This document shows positions 53,181-63,367 of a stretch of 64,000 bases of DNA, in pieces (positions within the stretch are counted from its first letter, which is position 1; each line of letters opens with the position of its first letter). The stretch is taken from NCBI GenBank assembly GCA_012295275.1, contig CM022677.1, forward strand, positions 12,586,001 through 12,650,000, in the 5' to 3' direction. A program made the position numbers and the translations under genes. Source of the stretch: Chrysomallon squamiferum (taxonomy: Eukaryota; Animalia; Mollusca). The notes below the pieces were generated by a model. The model was not told where the DNA came from. It saw only the letters and a program-made list of their open reading frames with translations, and searched no databases.

Positions 53181-55980
53181 GCTCATACCCTTGATGACCA
53201 GCTTCATCTTGTAATGGATTTTTCACAAATGCCTGGGGCAAAATTAATTGGTATAGCGTATTGCGCTCGTGTTGGATGACACGATACCAAATGTTACACA
53301 ATTGGTTTATTTTCTCCCATTGCCTCATCAAGAGATGAAGTTTGAGCTTCGACTGGCAGAAGAAATAACCACTACTCGACCATCTTGCTCTTGAGATAGA
53401 ACAGCTCCAAAACTCTGAAAACCTGCATCAGTCTCATCAATGAAAGGTTTCTGGAAGTCAGAGTAGCCTAAACTTGGAATTGTAGTCAGCTAAACTGTTG
53501 ATGCGTCGAAAGCATCGTCACAAGACTGATCCCAGCATTCCTGAAAAGCTTTCCGAGTTTCAGGAACCTTTCTGACAAGTTTTCCTTTCTTTTTCTTGCC
53601 ACCACCTATCAGTGAATGCAGGGATGCGGCTATGTTGGTAAATCTCGTATTGAACCTTCGATAGTAGCTGGTAAATCAAAGAAATGACCTCAGTTCTCTT
53701 GTTGGTATTTTCCAGTCTTTGACAGCTGAAACCTGATCAGAAATACCCGTCTCTGAAACAACATGGCCAAGAAACTTAACCTCCTTTTTAAGCAAATGAC
53801 ACGTGTAGCCTACCAAATACCATTTCTAGCCTTTGGTCCATTTCGTCGAAGGTGCGTCCAAACACAAGAATGACTTCTAGGTATACTATCAGAGACTGAA
53901 GACTGTCTTCTCCCAGGCAAACCTGCATTAGCCATTAGGCTACTCTGATTAAACAAACCCATGGATATCCTGGTATATTAAAAAAAAGACAAAAACAAAA
54001 AAAGACGAACCAGCGCGAAATGCAGTCTTGGGAATGTCTTCCTCTTCACTGAAGAAATCCATGTGCTAGATCGATGGAAGAGAAATACTTGGCGCCTTTC
54101 AATGTCTCAAGTGTTTCATCTACACGGGGAAGTGGATGCGCATCTTTGACAGGTTTTGCATTTAAGAGGCTGAAGTCTCCACATATTCTCAGCTTTCCAC
54201 CGGACTTTCTAACAAGTACCAAAGCTGATACATAAGCTGACGTACTTGGGCGCAGAATGACTACAGCTACTTAGGGTTTGCAGATAAGCTTTTAACTGTT
54301 ACCACTGATTGGGTGGAACTCGGCGATACGGGACTTTGACTGGGTTATCATCTGAGGTGGTAATTTTATGTTTAATGATGCTACAGTATCCTAGACATTG
54401 ATCGCCTTTACTAAACAGATGATCAAAGTTCATTTTCCCTTCCTGCGTACAAGTTAAGTTATCCCAATATCCAACTGTTTAAAAATGAAATCATCGCTGG
54501 AGACATTTCCAACTCTAGAATCTTCTAAATCGTTTACCACAAAAAAAAAGTATGTGGGAAGGTTCTACCTAAAATCTGCAGCCTTTAAGTGAAATGCTGT
54601 GACCATTTGCTGCAGAAACATTAATAAAAGGACATAAAACAAAGATCTCCACAACGTTATTTTCAAATGATTTTTGTAAACTGTTTCCCTAATGGTAAAA
54701 AATCAGCCCCGGTATCTTCGAAGGCAAAAGAGGATTATCAGCAGCCTCTTTACCCAGGATACCAAGAACAACGTTTATGCAATCAAAGGCCCATTTAAAA
54801 ACGGAGTCTGCTGTATTAGCCAGCATCTGTCGGTTGAGTTCCCGACTCAAATAGGGATCTCTCAGATTCAGATCTCGCTGACCATGTTAACATTCATCAT
54901 GTTCCAGCTGCTGACACAGGCTTAGCAATTCATGGCTGTACATCAGCAGAGATTCATCAGACCCCTGTTTTCGACTTCTTCATATAGGAAAAACATGAAC
55001 AATATCTGCGGGTCAGGAAGTATCATCGTGATTATCTATTTCCAACCTGACAGGACCTGCTAAGTGCACCTTTAGCAAACGTATGGCTGAGTTATCAGTT
55101 TGACATTTTAACTCACGCTGATCTTTGATATCGCGAATCCAGTCCTCCACGTTAAAGTCCGATCCCGGCTTACCTTGAAACTGCCCGATATGGTGCTCGC
55201 TCCTGTGTCACCAAACATTATTTGTGGCTGAATATGAGCAGAGGATTAAAGTTAGAATGCTTTAGAGTCGTTATCTCTCGTACTTTCTAATCGAATCTGA
55301 ACGAATCTGATTCTCTTTGGCCTCTCCCTAAACTGAAAATCGAGGTTTTGAAAATCTCGTCTAAGCTGTTCATAGCTGTCTAATCCTTTTGCGACATCTT
55401 CCTTTGAAAACCATCTCAAAACTTCAGAACACTTTACTTAAAAATGGACTTAAAGATTTATGAAAAGCGTAAAATTTTATTTTACTAGACTTCAATGACT
55501 ATAAAAGAGAAGATAATTTGACATATCGTTTAATTGTCTGAAATGAACATGCTTTTAGTTATTTATTTCTCCAAAAGCTCCATATTAACTTATAAACTAT
55601 TATTCACTGGAATATAAAATAATATTTTACACAATCCCGACTACAGGTAGACCTGAAGAAATTTTTACCAATGGTTATAACATACATACACTGAACTTTA
55701 CTGAATACTGAAAATAAATGTAAATGTTCTTGGATCAATTTGGATCAGTTTAGTAACCGTCTTCAGTTGGGAATCTCGTGTCGTCAACCATGTAGTCTCA
55801 CATAAATCGTCAACATCAAATCTTGTCTATGCCTGGTCACGTGAGCCCATTGGCCGTCTTTCACTTAATTTCTAAATGTCCGGGTTCAGTCCTAATTGAC
55901 TTAAAATCCCACTTCTGACGCGAGAGTGTAACTGGGCGGTGAGGGGAAGCAAGCGGATCTCTTAGCTAGCTGTAGGTGTA
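53180..55980 (-). mobile_element. Degenerate Ty3/Gypsy LTR retrotransposon (LTR end, PBS, gag, RT, start of integrase)
   Basis: The minus strand gives a gag-like GQFQGKPGSDFNVEDWIRDIK and RT LGYCSIIKHKITTSDDNPVKVPYRRVPP...ALVLVRKSGGKLRICGDFSLLNAKPVKDAHPLPRVDETLETLKGAKYFSSIDLAHGFLQ...EEDIPKTAF. YLDD has decayed to YLEV, VKFLGHVVS is present, and the integrase N-terminus QLILPQ...DEAGHQGYER is truncated at ~53180. Confidence 0.92.
55906..55932 (-). promoter_or_regulatory. 5' LTR end (GTTACA) and tRNA-Leu primer-binding site of the Gypsy element
   Basis: The minus strand reads GTTACA ctct CGCGTCAGAAGTGGGAT. TGGTGTCAGAAGTGGGAT is the complement of the tRNA-Leu 3' end (ATCCCACTTCTGACACCA), and 14 consecutive bases match. 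Confidence 0.8.
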
Positions 55981-56413
55981 TAATATATATTCGTAATATA
56001 TGTGACTGTCTAAACAAAGGACTTTATTATTAAGTAAGTTCTGCTATAGCAATTTAACATTTACAATATGGTAACCGTGGCATCTCCAAGGAGGAGTAAC
56101 AGATTCATAAAAAAAATCATAATAAAAATTCTAGAGTTGGAGAACAAAAAAGATCAAGCCAGTATGAAAAAAACACAAAAAGAACACACGCACAAACACC
56201 ACCAGTGTCGCCACCTTCTCTAGCAATTGTTTAAGGTCCTGCAATGTCCAAGACCTAAGTGCAAAATTTGCTATGTCCCCCCTTAAATTCCAGGCTGCAA
56301 TTGCCATATGTGGTAATGTCACATGACCGACCATACAGTTGCCACTGCTAACGAAAGCTCCCAATAGGAGGCAGTCATCTTAATCTAGATTGTAGCACTT
56401 ACTTTAAACCGAT

Positions 56414-57077
56414 GAAGTTGTCCTCAAGTATTTGTAATACAGATTTATGGTCATCAGCTTCTGATAGTACTTCAAAAGCTGCCGCCTCTTCATGCACTGG
56501 AACGAATGCAATTCCAGCTGACGGATCAGTAAACAAAATCTTCATCAGTATGTAACGAACTGCTAGACTAATGAGTTGAACTTGGCGCCAGATGAACGAA
56601 GCATCCAGACACAGTTCAGTTTAGCTTTACAAGCGTGTAGTCTTCTTCCTTCACACTCGTAAGCAGTCACTGCACCACTGAGGTCCTTCTGTCGGACATA
56701 CACAGTTTTCGAACGCAAGCTTTGGATGACCATACTCTGACGCTATAACCTTATGTACTGTTTCATTCATTTTAATTATTGATCAGTTGCCAAATCAAAG
56801 GAATCTTTAACATTTAATTAGCCTGAATTAGTAATTAGCTGACTTTCGTTAGCTTTGGTGTTAGATGATTTTTGATAATATGTTTCAGCAGACGTTTTAG
56901 CAGATCAAAGTAATCCAAATGCCTTTTATCAAGTTCAATTAGTAATTAGCTGACTCTAGGTAGCTTTGACGAATTTATTGGAATGTTGTTTAAAAATAAC
57001 TTTGAAAAGTATATTTGAAGAAAAATGGGGGCAATTGTCCTTAGGGGCAGTGTCCAGGGGGCAATTGACCTGATACC
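56414..57077 (-). mobile_element. Internally deleted FLYWCH-MULE (Mutator-like) transposon, copy A
   Basis: GC-rich terminus ggtatcaggtcaattgccccctggacactgcccctaaggacaattgccccc. It has FLYWCH-like and MULE C-terminal fragments as in copy B, continuing HKSVLQILEDNFIG. Confidence 0.7.
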
Positions 57078-57679
57078 ATAAAAAAAGCTGTTTATGAGTG
57101 TAAATGAACTTGCTTTAGCAATTCTGATAATGATCTATTATAGACTTGACTATGGTAATTAGTGTTATTAAACAGTATTATAAACACAAGAATCTTTGTT
57201 TTGGGGAAACTTTCAAATTGAAATAATTGTTTTCATTTGTTTAGATATTCTGAATAAATATCCCAAAACATCCATGTTTGAAGCTTGTTGGCAACGGTGA
57301 ACAAATTATGAATGTGCTAGGAGACTTGTTACCATTGAGAAAGTAAAACTTTACTCAGTAATGAAACATTATTATTATCATTTCTATTTTTGTTACGTTC
57401 ACTTTAGCTAATGCCCAACGCAATCTCTTTTTCTAAAATCCTATATCTAGTACAAATTAATGCCAAATTTAAGCTTAATCTAAGAAAGCTGAACGCAAAA
57501 ATAAACTTGTTTTATTTCAGCATAGAAATTGTTTCACACATAAGATTGTGAACTGGAAATCTGAAACTTACAATAATTGTTGTGTGATACAGTATAATTA
57601 TAAACATAAACGCTAACAGGTTTTACATGTGAACTGTCATGTTATTTAACACTGACTGATTACCTGACAACAATACTGA

Positions 57680-59490
57680 TTAGCGCGTGCGCAATAACTC
57701 CAGATGGATATCCGGACTGAGAGTCAGATGTTTGGATTCGCATCTTCTGAAAAGTGTAAACGTTTTTCCATGTACATCATTCAGGTTCTCCATGACACCG
57801 AACACACTGGAGCTGTCCACCATGATGCTGTCGCTGTCTGTGTTGCCCTCGTCGACGTACATTGATCGGAATGTGGCAAACGGAAATCCCTTACTGGACT
57901 GTTTAAATATGAGATCAGAAACAACGAGTTCCGTTCTGTCCACTTTCGAAATCAACGTCAGCTTTGCTTTTTCTCCATTTCTGTAAAGAATCTTCAGCTC
58001 TCGTTTATCGACGTCGATATCCACTTGATCAATGGGAGCAGCAGGTCTGATCAGGTCAACATCACATGTTCCAACCACAACTGATGTTCCAAACGGAATC
58101 CAGTCTAATCATGCAGGAGGGAGGGGCAGCAGGCGTACGTTTCCGTCTTGATAGATAACAAGTGTCTCACTGTAACCCTCTGACCAAGGAACTGGAAGAA
58201 TTATTTTAAAATAGTCTACTTTTCTATAAAGCTTGTCAGTATTTTTTACATATACTTTCATGGTTTCCGGATTTCTCCACCAAAAGTCTATATCAACACC
58301 TGTAACAGTGAACTCGTTACTGGTGTATATAGGAAAATATTTTTCAGGTTTCATAGGTTTTCTTTCCAATTTTATTTCTTCCATACAAATGGAAAATACA
58401 TCCTGTGCGGATAATGAAATTTTGATCAGATTTACGTTGTGTTCGATCCAAGAAAGGTTTGGGATTTGCCAATCGACGTCAGTTTTCCAGGGTTGTAAAC
58501 CAGTTTCTTTGAGCGCAATTAAATGTTTGTTTCTGTCTCTGTATGAAACCTGTATTTTTACAAATGAGGTCACTGGTTTGAGTTTTAGACTGAAGACTGA
58601 CCCAATATCAGCATCTATGTAACCTTCTGATCTTCCCTTTAACATGAATGAAATTTCAATTACGGCTATTTTCGATGTACTAGGTCCTGGAAACACTTTC
58701 ATAGTCGCCGAATTTGAAAATAAATGATTATTTGTTTTATTCAAACAGAGGTGGGTAAAACTCCAGTAGAGAGGAGACAAAGCAACACAGTCAGTATGAT
58801 TTGGTTCTCTTCTGTTTAGAAAAGCTTTATACATTGGTAGAGTAGCTATTAGTTTGTACTGTTTCACGCTGTCGAGGTATACTGGTATTTTGACGTTGTC
58901 CTCTTCCGCACATTTAGATGGGTAACTATTCTGTCTAAGTTTAGCTTTTTTGTCGACATTAATTCGAGACGAAGAGTTCAGATGGGGCAGATCACTCGTA
59001 CAGTGAAGTTTACACTGCAGCATGTCCTGCGCGAGACTGCTGTCATCAATATCTAGACTGACTGTGTTCAGTTCCACTCCATCAGATCCTTGAACCTGGA
59101 GCTTTAAAATATACAAACCTCTTTCCAGAATTACTGATCCTTTCATCTCGGTACTGGAATGAAAAACATTCCAGTTATCTCCAGCTGTTTCTGGTGATAT
59201 GGTGACAATGGATCCCATTTTCTTCTGGTTTAAAACTGCTGTGATGACTTCAGGATCGTTGCCATTGGAGTATCGTAAACTGGATATTTTTACCGTGCTT
59301 GTTTTCTTCAGACAGAAGTAAAAATTAATGATTTCGTAGCCTGTTAAAAACACTACCTTCTTTGACAAAGCGTTTGATCGAAAATGTACCTTCGGTGTTT
59401 ATCTCGAACCTCGAAGGCTGGTAATGGGTGAATGTTGCCCAGACATAATCTGCAGAACGCTAAAAGTAGAAGGGTCTTCACAACATACAT
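57680..59490 (-). pseudogene. Disabled inverted copy of the 602-aa secreted protein gene
   Basis: Same ATG context (59490) and stop (57680) as the + copy. A 2-bp insertion at 59389-59390 falls at codon 34, and GGA>TGA at 58111-58109 gives G460*. The gene is split into ORFs 58109-59368 and 57680-58078. Confidence 0.88.
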
Positions 59491-59571
59491 TTTTCCAAAG
59501 TTTCAAAACTAGTTACGTATGATTCTTAGATAAGAAGACACAACAGGGCCCGGCTGCTGTAGCTCAGCTGG

Positions 59572-59625
59572 TTTATATACGTGTGACGTCACTACTAATC
59601 GGTCTCCAGTCAGCGTTATGACTCA
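59572..59625 (-). promoter_or_regulatory. Compact Pol II promoter: AP-1 site, CRE palindrome, TATA box
   Basis: Minus strand: TGAGTCA (59625-59619), TGACGTCA (59591-59584) and TATATAAA (59579-59572), about 80 bp upstream of the ATG at 59490. Confidence 0.72.
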
Positions 59626-60733
59626 GTCGTTCAAAGAACTTCTCTGAAAAATCGTAATTTAATGTCAGCTGTTAACCTTGGTTATATTTAGTTTTATAAA
59701 CTAAATTTTATAATTAAATCCTTTAGCATAATCATATATACATACATACATAATATTACAGACACAACAAACACACACACACACGCACACAGGCACACTC
59801 ACATATATACTGGATAGGCTACACACATAAACAGTTTCACCGACAGATTATATACATACACAGGCGCATGAACAAAAACATACACATACACCACTTTCAT
59901 ACATATAGTCATAAAATACACAATCCCATATATGCTATTACTGTAATATGCAAACTTAAAAACATATACACAGTCATGTTTTAAACTTGTCACGTACTCA
60001 TTCACATAGACAGACATATACACACCAGCAATAACTTATCTTAGCACATGATACATACACACAATATGCAAACACAGACTAACTCATACATGTACATTCA
60101 GACACACACACACACACACACACCTTCATTTTCTCTCAAATTATGCCCCATTTGTACCAAGTGCTTAACTGTTATCAATTTTAACAATATTTACTTAAGA
60201 AGGTAAACAAGCTATCAAAAGTGCATTTTTTTCTTCTCCTTAATTCCACAATTTGCCAATATCTACTACTGACTTTGCTTTTTCTTTATAACAATTTAAC
60301 ATTTGACAAGTCTGAATTCACTGTTAACTACAAAGTGAATCAAAACCTAACTGAAAGAATAAAAATATAAATTATAGCATAAACTAATCGTAAGAAAGGA
60401 AATACAAAATTATTTCTGGATGGTTTGCAATTTAAATTACAAACAGGCTCTCTTTTCCGTAAGTGGAAGTTTAATTATTTTTCTGTTTTTATTATTTTAT
60501 TGTTTTGGGGTTGGTACAACTCTTCACTCCCCGTCATAAAAAAAAGACCATATATGATACAAAAAATAAAAAATCTATGAAGAAGTTAATTTTATTTCTT
60601 AATAAAATAAAAATATCAAAAATGAGGCTATTTTAAGAAAACAAAATTATATATGTGTCACACATTATCATATAACTAAACAAAATAAAATAAAAGTTTG
60701 TAAAGCTCTGGCATATTTTCTGTCTAAAAGTAT

Positions 60734-60933
60734 NNNNNNNNNNNNNNNNNNNNNNNNNNNNNNNNNNNNNNNNNNNNNNNNNNNNNNNNNNNNNNNNNNN
60801 NNNNNNNNNNNNNNNNNNNNNNNNNNNNNNNNNNNNNNNNNNNNNNNNNNNNNNNNNNNNNNNNNNNNNNNNNNNNNNNNNNNNNNNNNNNNNNNNNNNN
60901 NNNNNNNNNNNNNNNNNNNNNNNNNNNNNNNNN
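60734..60933. other. Assembly gap (200 N)
   Basis: A run of exactly 200 N. A round length suggests a scaffolding placeholder of unknown true size. Confidence 0.99.
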
Positions 60934-60956
60934 ACTAGTTTTGAAACTTTGGAAAA

Positions 60957-62765
60957 ATGTATGTTGTGAAGACCCTTCTACTTTTAGCGTTCTGCAGATT
61001 ATGTCTGGGCAACATTCACCCATTACCAGCCTCCGAGGTTCGAGATAAACACCGAATACATTTTCGATCAAACGCTTTGTCAAAGAAGGTAGTGTTTTTA
61101 ACAGGCTACGAAATCATTAATTTTTACTTCTGTCTGAAGAAAACAAGCACGGTAAAAATATCCAGTTTACGATACTCCAATGGCAACGATGCTGAAAACA
61201 TCACAGCAGTTTTAAACCAGAAGAAAATGGGATCCATTGTCACCATATCACCAGAAACAGCTGGAGATAACTGGAATGTTTTTCATTCCAGTACCGAGAT
61301 GAAAGGATCAGTAATTCTGGAAAGAGGTTGGTATATTTTAAAGCTCCAGGTTCAAGGATCTGATGGAGTGGAACTGAACACAGTCAGTCTAGATATTGAT
61401 GACAGCAGTCTCGCGCAGGACATGCTGCAGTGTAAACTTCACTGTAAGAGTGATCTGCCCCATCTGAACTCTTCGTCTCGAATTAATGTCGACAAAAAAG
61501 CTGAACTTAGACAGAAAAGTTACCCATCTAAATGTGCGGAAGAGGACAACGTCAAAATACCAGTATACCTCGACAGCGTGAAACAGTACAAACTAATAGC
61601 TACTCTACCAATGTATAAAGCTTTTCTAAACAGAAGAGAACCAAATCATACTGACTGTGTTGCTTTGTCTCCTCTCTACTGGAGTTTTACCCACCTCTGT
61701 TTGAATAAAACAAATAATCATTTATTTTCAAATTCGGCGACTATGAAAGTGTATCCAGGACCTAGTACATCGAAAATAGCCGTAATTGAAATTTCATTCA
61801 TGTTAAAGGGAAGATCAGAAGGTTACATAGATGCTGATATTGGGTCAGTCTTCAGTCTAAAAATCAAACCAGTGACCTCATTTCTAAAAATACAGGTTTC
61901 ATACAGAGACAGAAACAAAAATTTAATTGCGCTCAAAGAAACTGGTTTACAACCCTGGAAAACTGACGTCGATTGGCAAATCCCAAACCTTTCTTGGATC
62001 GAACACAACGTAAATCTGATCAAAATTTCATTATCCGCACAGGATGTATTTTCCATTTGTATCGAAGAAATAAAATTGGAAAGAAAACCTATGAAACCTG
62101 AAAAATATTTTCCTATATACACCAGTAACGAGTTCACTGTTACAGGTGTTGATATAGACTTTTGGTGGAGAAATCCGGAAACCATGAAAGTATATGTAAA
62201 AAATACTGACAAGCTTTATAGAAAAGTAGACTATTTTAAAATAATTCTTCCAGTTCCTTGGTCAGAGGGTTACAGTGAGACACTTGTTATCTATCAAGAT
62301 GGAAACGTACGCCTGCTGCCCCTCCCTCCTGCAGGATTAGACTGGATTCCGTTTGGAACATCAGTTGTGGTTGGAACATGTGATGTTGACCTGATCAGAC
62401 CTGCTGCTCCCATTGATCAAGTGGATATCGACGTCGATAAACGAGAGCTGAAGATTCTTTACAGAAATGGAGAAAAAGCAAAGCTGACGTTGATTTCGAA
62501 AGTGGACAGAACGGAACTCGTTGTTTCTGATCTCATATTTAAACAGTCCAGTAAGGGATTTCCATTTGCCACATTCCGATCAATGTACGTCGACGAGGGC
62601 AACACAGACAGCGACAGCATCATGGTGGACAGCTCCAGCGTGTTCGGTGTCATGGAGAACCTGAATGATGTACATGGAAAAACGTTTACACTTTTCAGAA
62701 GATGCGAATCCAAACATCTGACTCTCAGTCCGGATATCCATCTGGAGTTATTGCGCACGCGCTAA
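60957..62765 (+). CDS. Single-exon 602-aa uncharacterised predicted secreted protein (signal peptide, CBM-like beta-sandwich N-domain, conserved unknown beta-rich C-domain)
   Basis: Uninterrupted 1809-bp ORF with higher GC than its flanks and aaaaATG context. The N-terminus MYVVKTLLLLAFCRLCLG|NI looks like a cleavable signal peptide. No transmembrane segment is evident, and several N-x-S/T sequons are present. AATAAA lies 164 bp after the stop. Confidence 0.93.
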   Translation: MYVVKTLLLLAFCRLCLGNIHPLPASEVRDKHRIHFRSNALSKKVVFLTGYEIINFYFCLKKTSTVKISSLRYSNGNDAENITAVLNQKKMGSIVTISPETAGDNWNVFHSSTEMKGSVILERGWYILKLQVQGSDGVELNTVSLDIDDSSLAQDMLQCKLHCKSDLPHLNSSSRINVDKKAELRQKSYPSKCAEEDNVKIPVYLDSVKQYKLIATLPMYKAFLNRREPNHTDCVALSPLYWSFTHLCLNKTNNHLFSNSATMKVYPGPSTSKIAVIEISFMLKGRSEGYIDADIGSVFSLKIKPVTSFLKIQVSYRDRNKNLIALKETGLQPWKTDVDWQIPNLSWIEHNVNLIKISLSAQDVFSICIEEIKLERKPMKPEKYFPIYTSNEFTVTGVDIDFWWRNPETMKVYVKNTDKLYRKVDYFKIILPVPWSEGYSETLVIYQDGNVRLLPLPPAGLDWIPFGTSVVVGTCDVDLIRPAAPIDQVDIDVDKRELKILYRNGEKAKLTLISKVDRTELVVSDLIFKQSSKGFPFATFRSMYVDEGNTDSDSIMVDSSSVFGVMENLNDVHGKTFTLFRRCESKHLTLSPDIHLELLRTR

Positions 62766-62928
62766 TCAGTATTGTTGTCAGGTAATCAGTCAGTGTTAAA
62801 TAACATGACAGTTCACATGTAAAACCTGTTAGCGTTTATGTTTATAATTATACTGTATCACACAACAATTATAGTAAGTTTCAGATTTCCAGTTCACAGT
62901 CTTATGTGTGAAACAATTTCTATGCTGA

Positions 62929-62934
62929 AATAAA
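62929..62934 (+). terminator. Candidate polyadenylation signal
   Basis: AATAAA followed by a T-rich tract (gtttatttttgc), conserved in the inverted copy. Confidence 0.5.
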
Positions 62935-63367
62935 ACAAGTTTATTTTTGCATTCAGCTTTCTTAGATTAAGCTTACATTTAGCATTAATTTGTACTAGAT
63001 ATAGGATTTTAGAAAAAGAGATTGCGTTGGGCATTAGCTAAAATGAACGTAACAAAAAATAGAAATGATAATAATAATGTTTCCTTACTGAGTAATGTTT
63101 TACTTTCTCCATGGTAACAAGTCTCCTAGCACATTCATAATTTGTTCACCGTTGCCAACAAGCTTCAAACATGGATGTTTTGGGATATTTATTCAGAATA
63201 TCTAAACAAATGAAAACAATTATTTAAATTTGAAAGTTTCCCCAAAACAAAGATTCTTGTGTTTATAATACTGTTTAATAACACTAATTACCATAGTCAA
63301 GTCTGAATTGATCATTATCAGAATTGCTAAAGCAAGTTCATTTACACTCATAAATAGCTTTTTTTAT

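Noticed and set aside
59551-59640. tRNA-like start ggctgctgTAGCTCAGCTGGtt (perfect A-box)
   Set aside because: There is no cloverleaf, no acceptor-stem partner and only a partial B-box (gttcaaag). The segment is better explained as the opposite-strand TATA/CRE promoter.
60724-61083. 119-aa - strand ORF
   Set aside because: It runs through the N gap and is an artefact.
57687-62758. Antisense ORFs of 99-129 aa overlapping the 602-aa gene and its copy
   Set aside because: These are shadow frames of a real coding sequence, with no start context or independent features.
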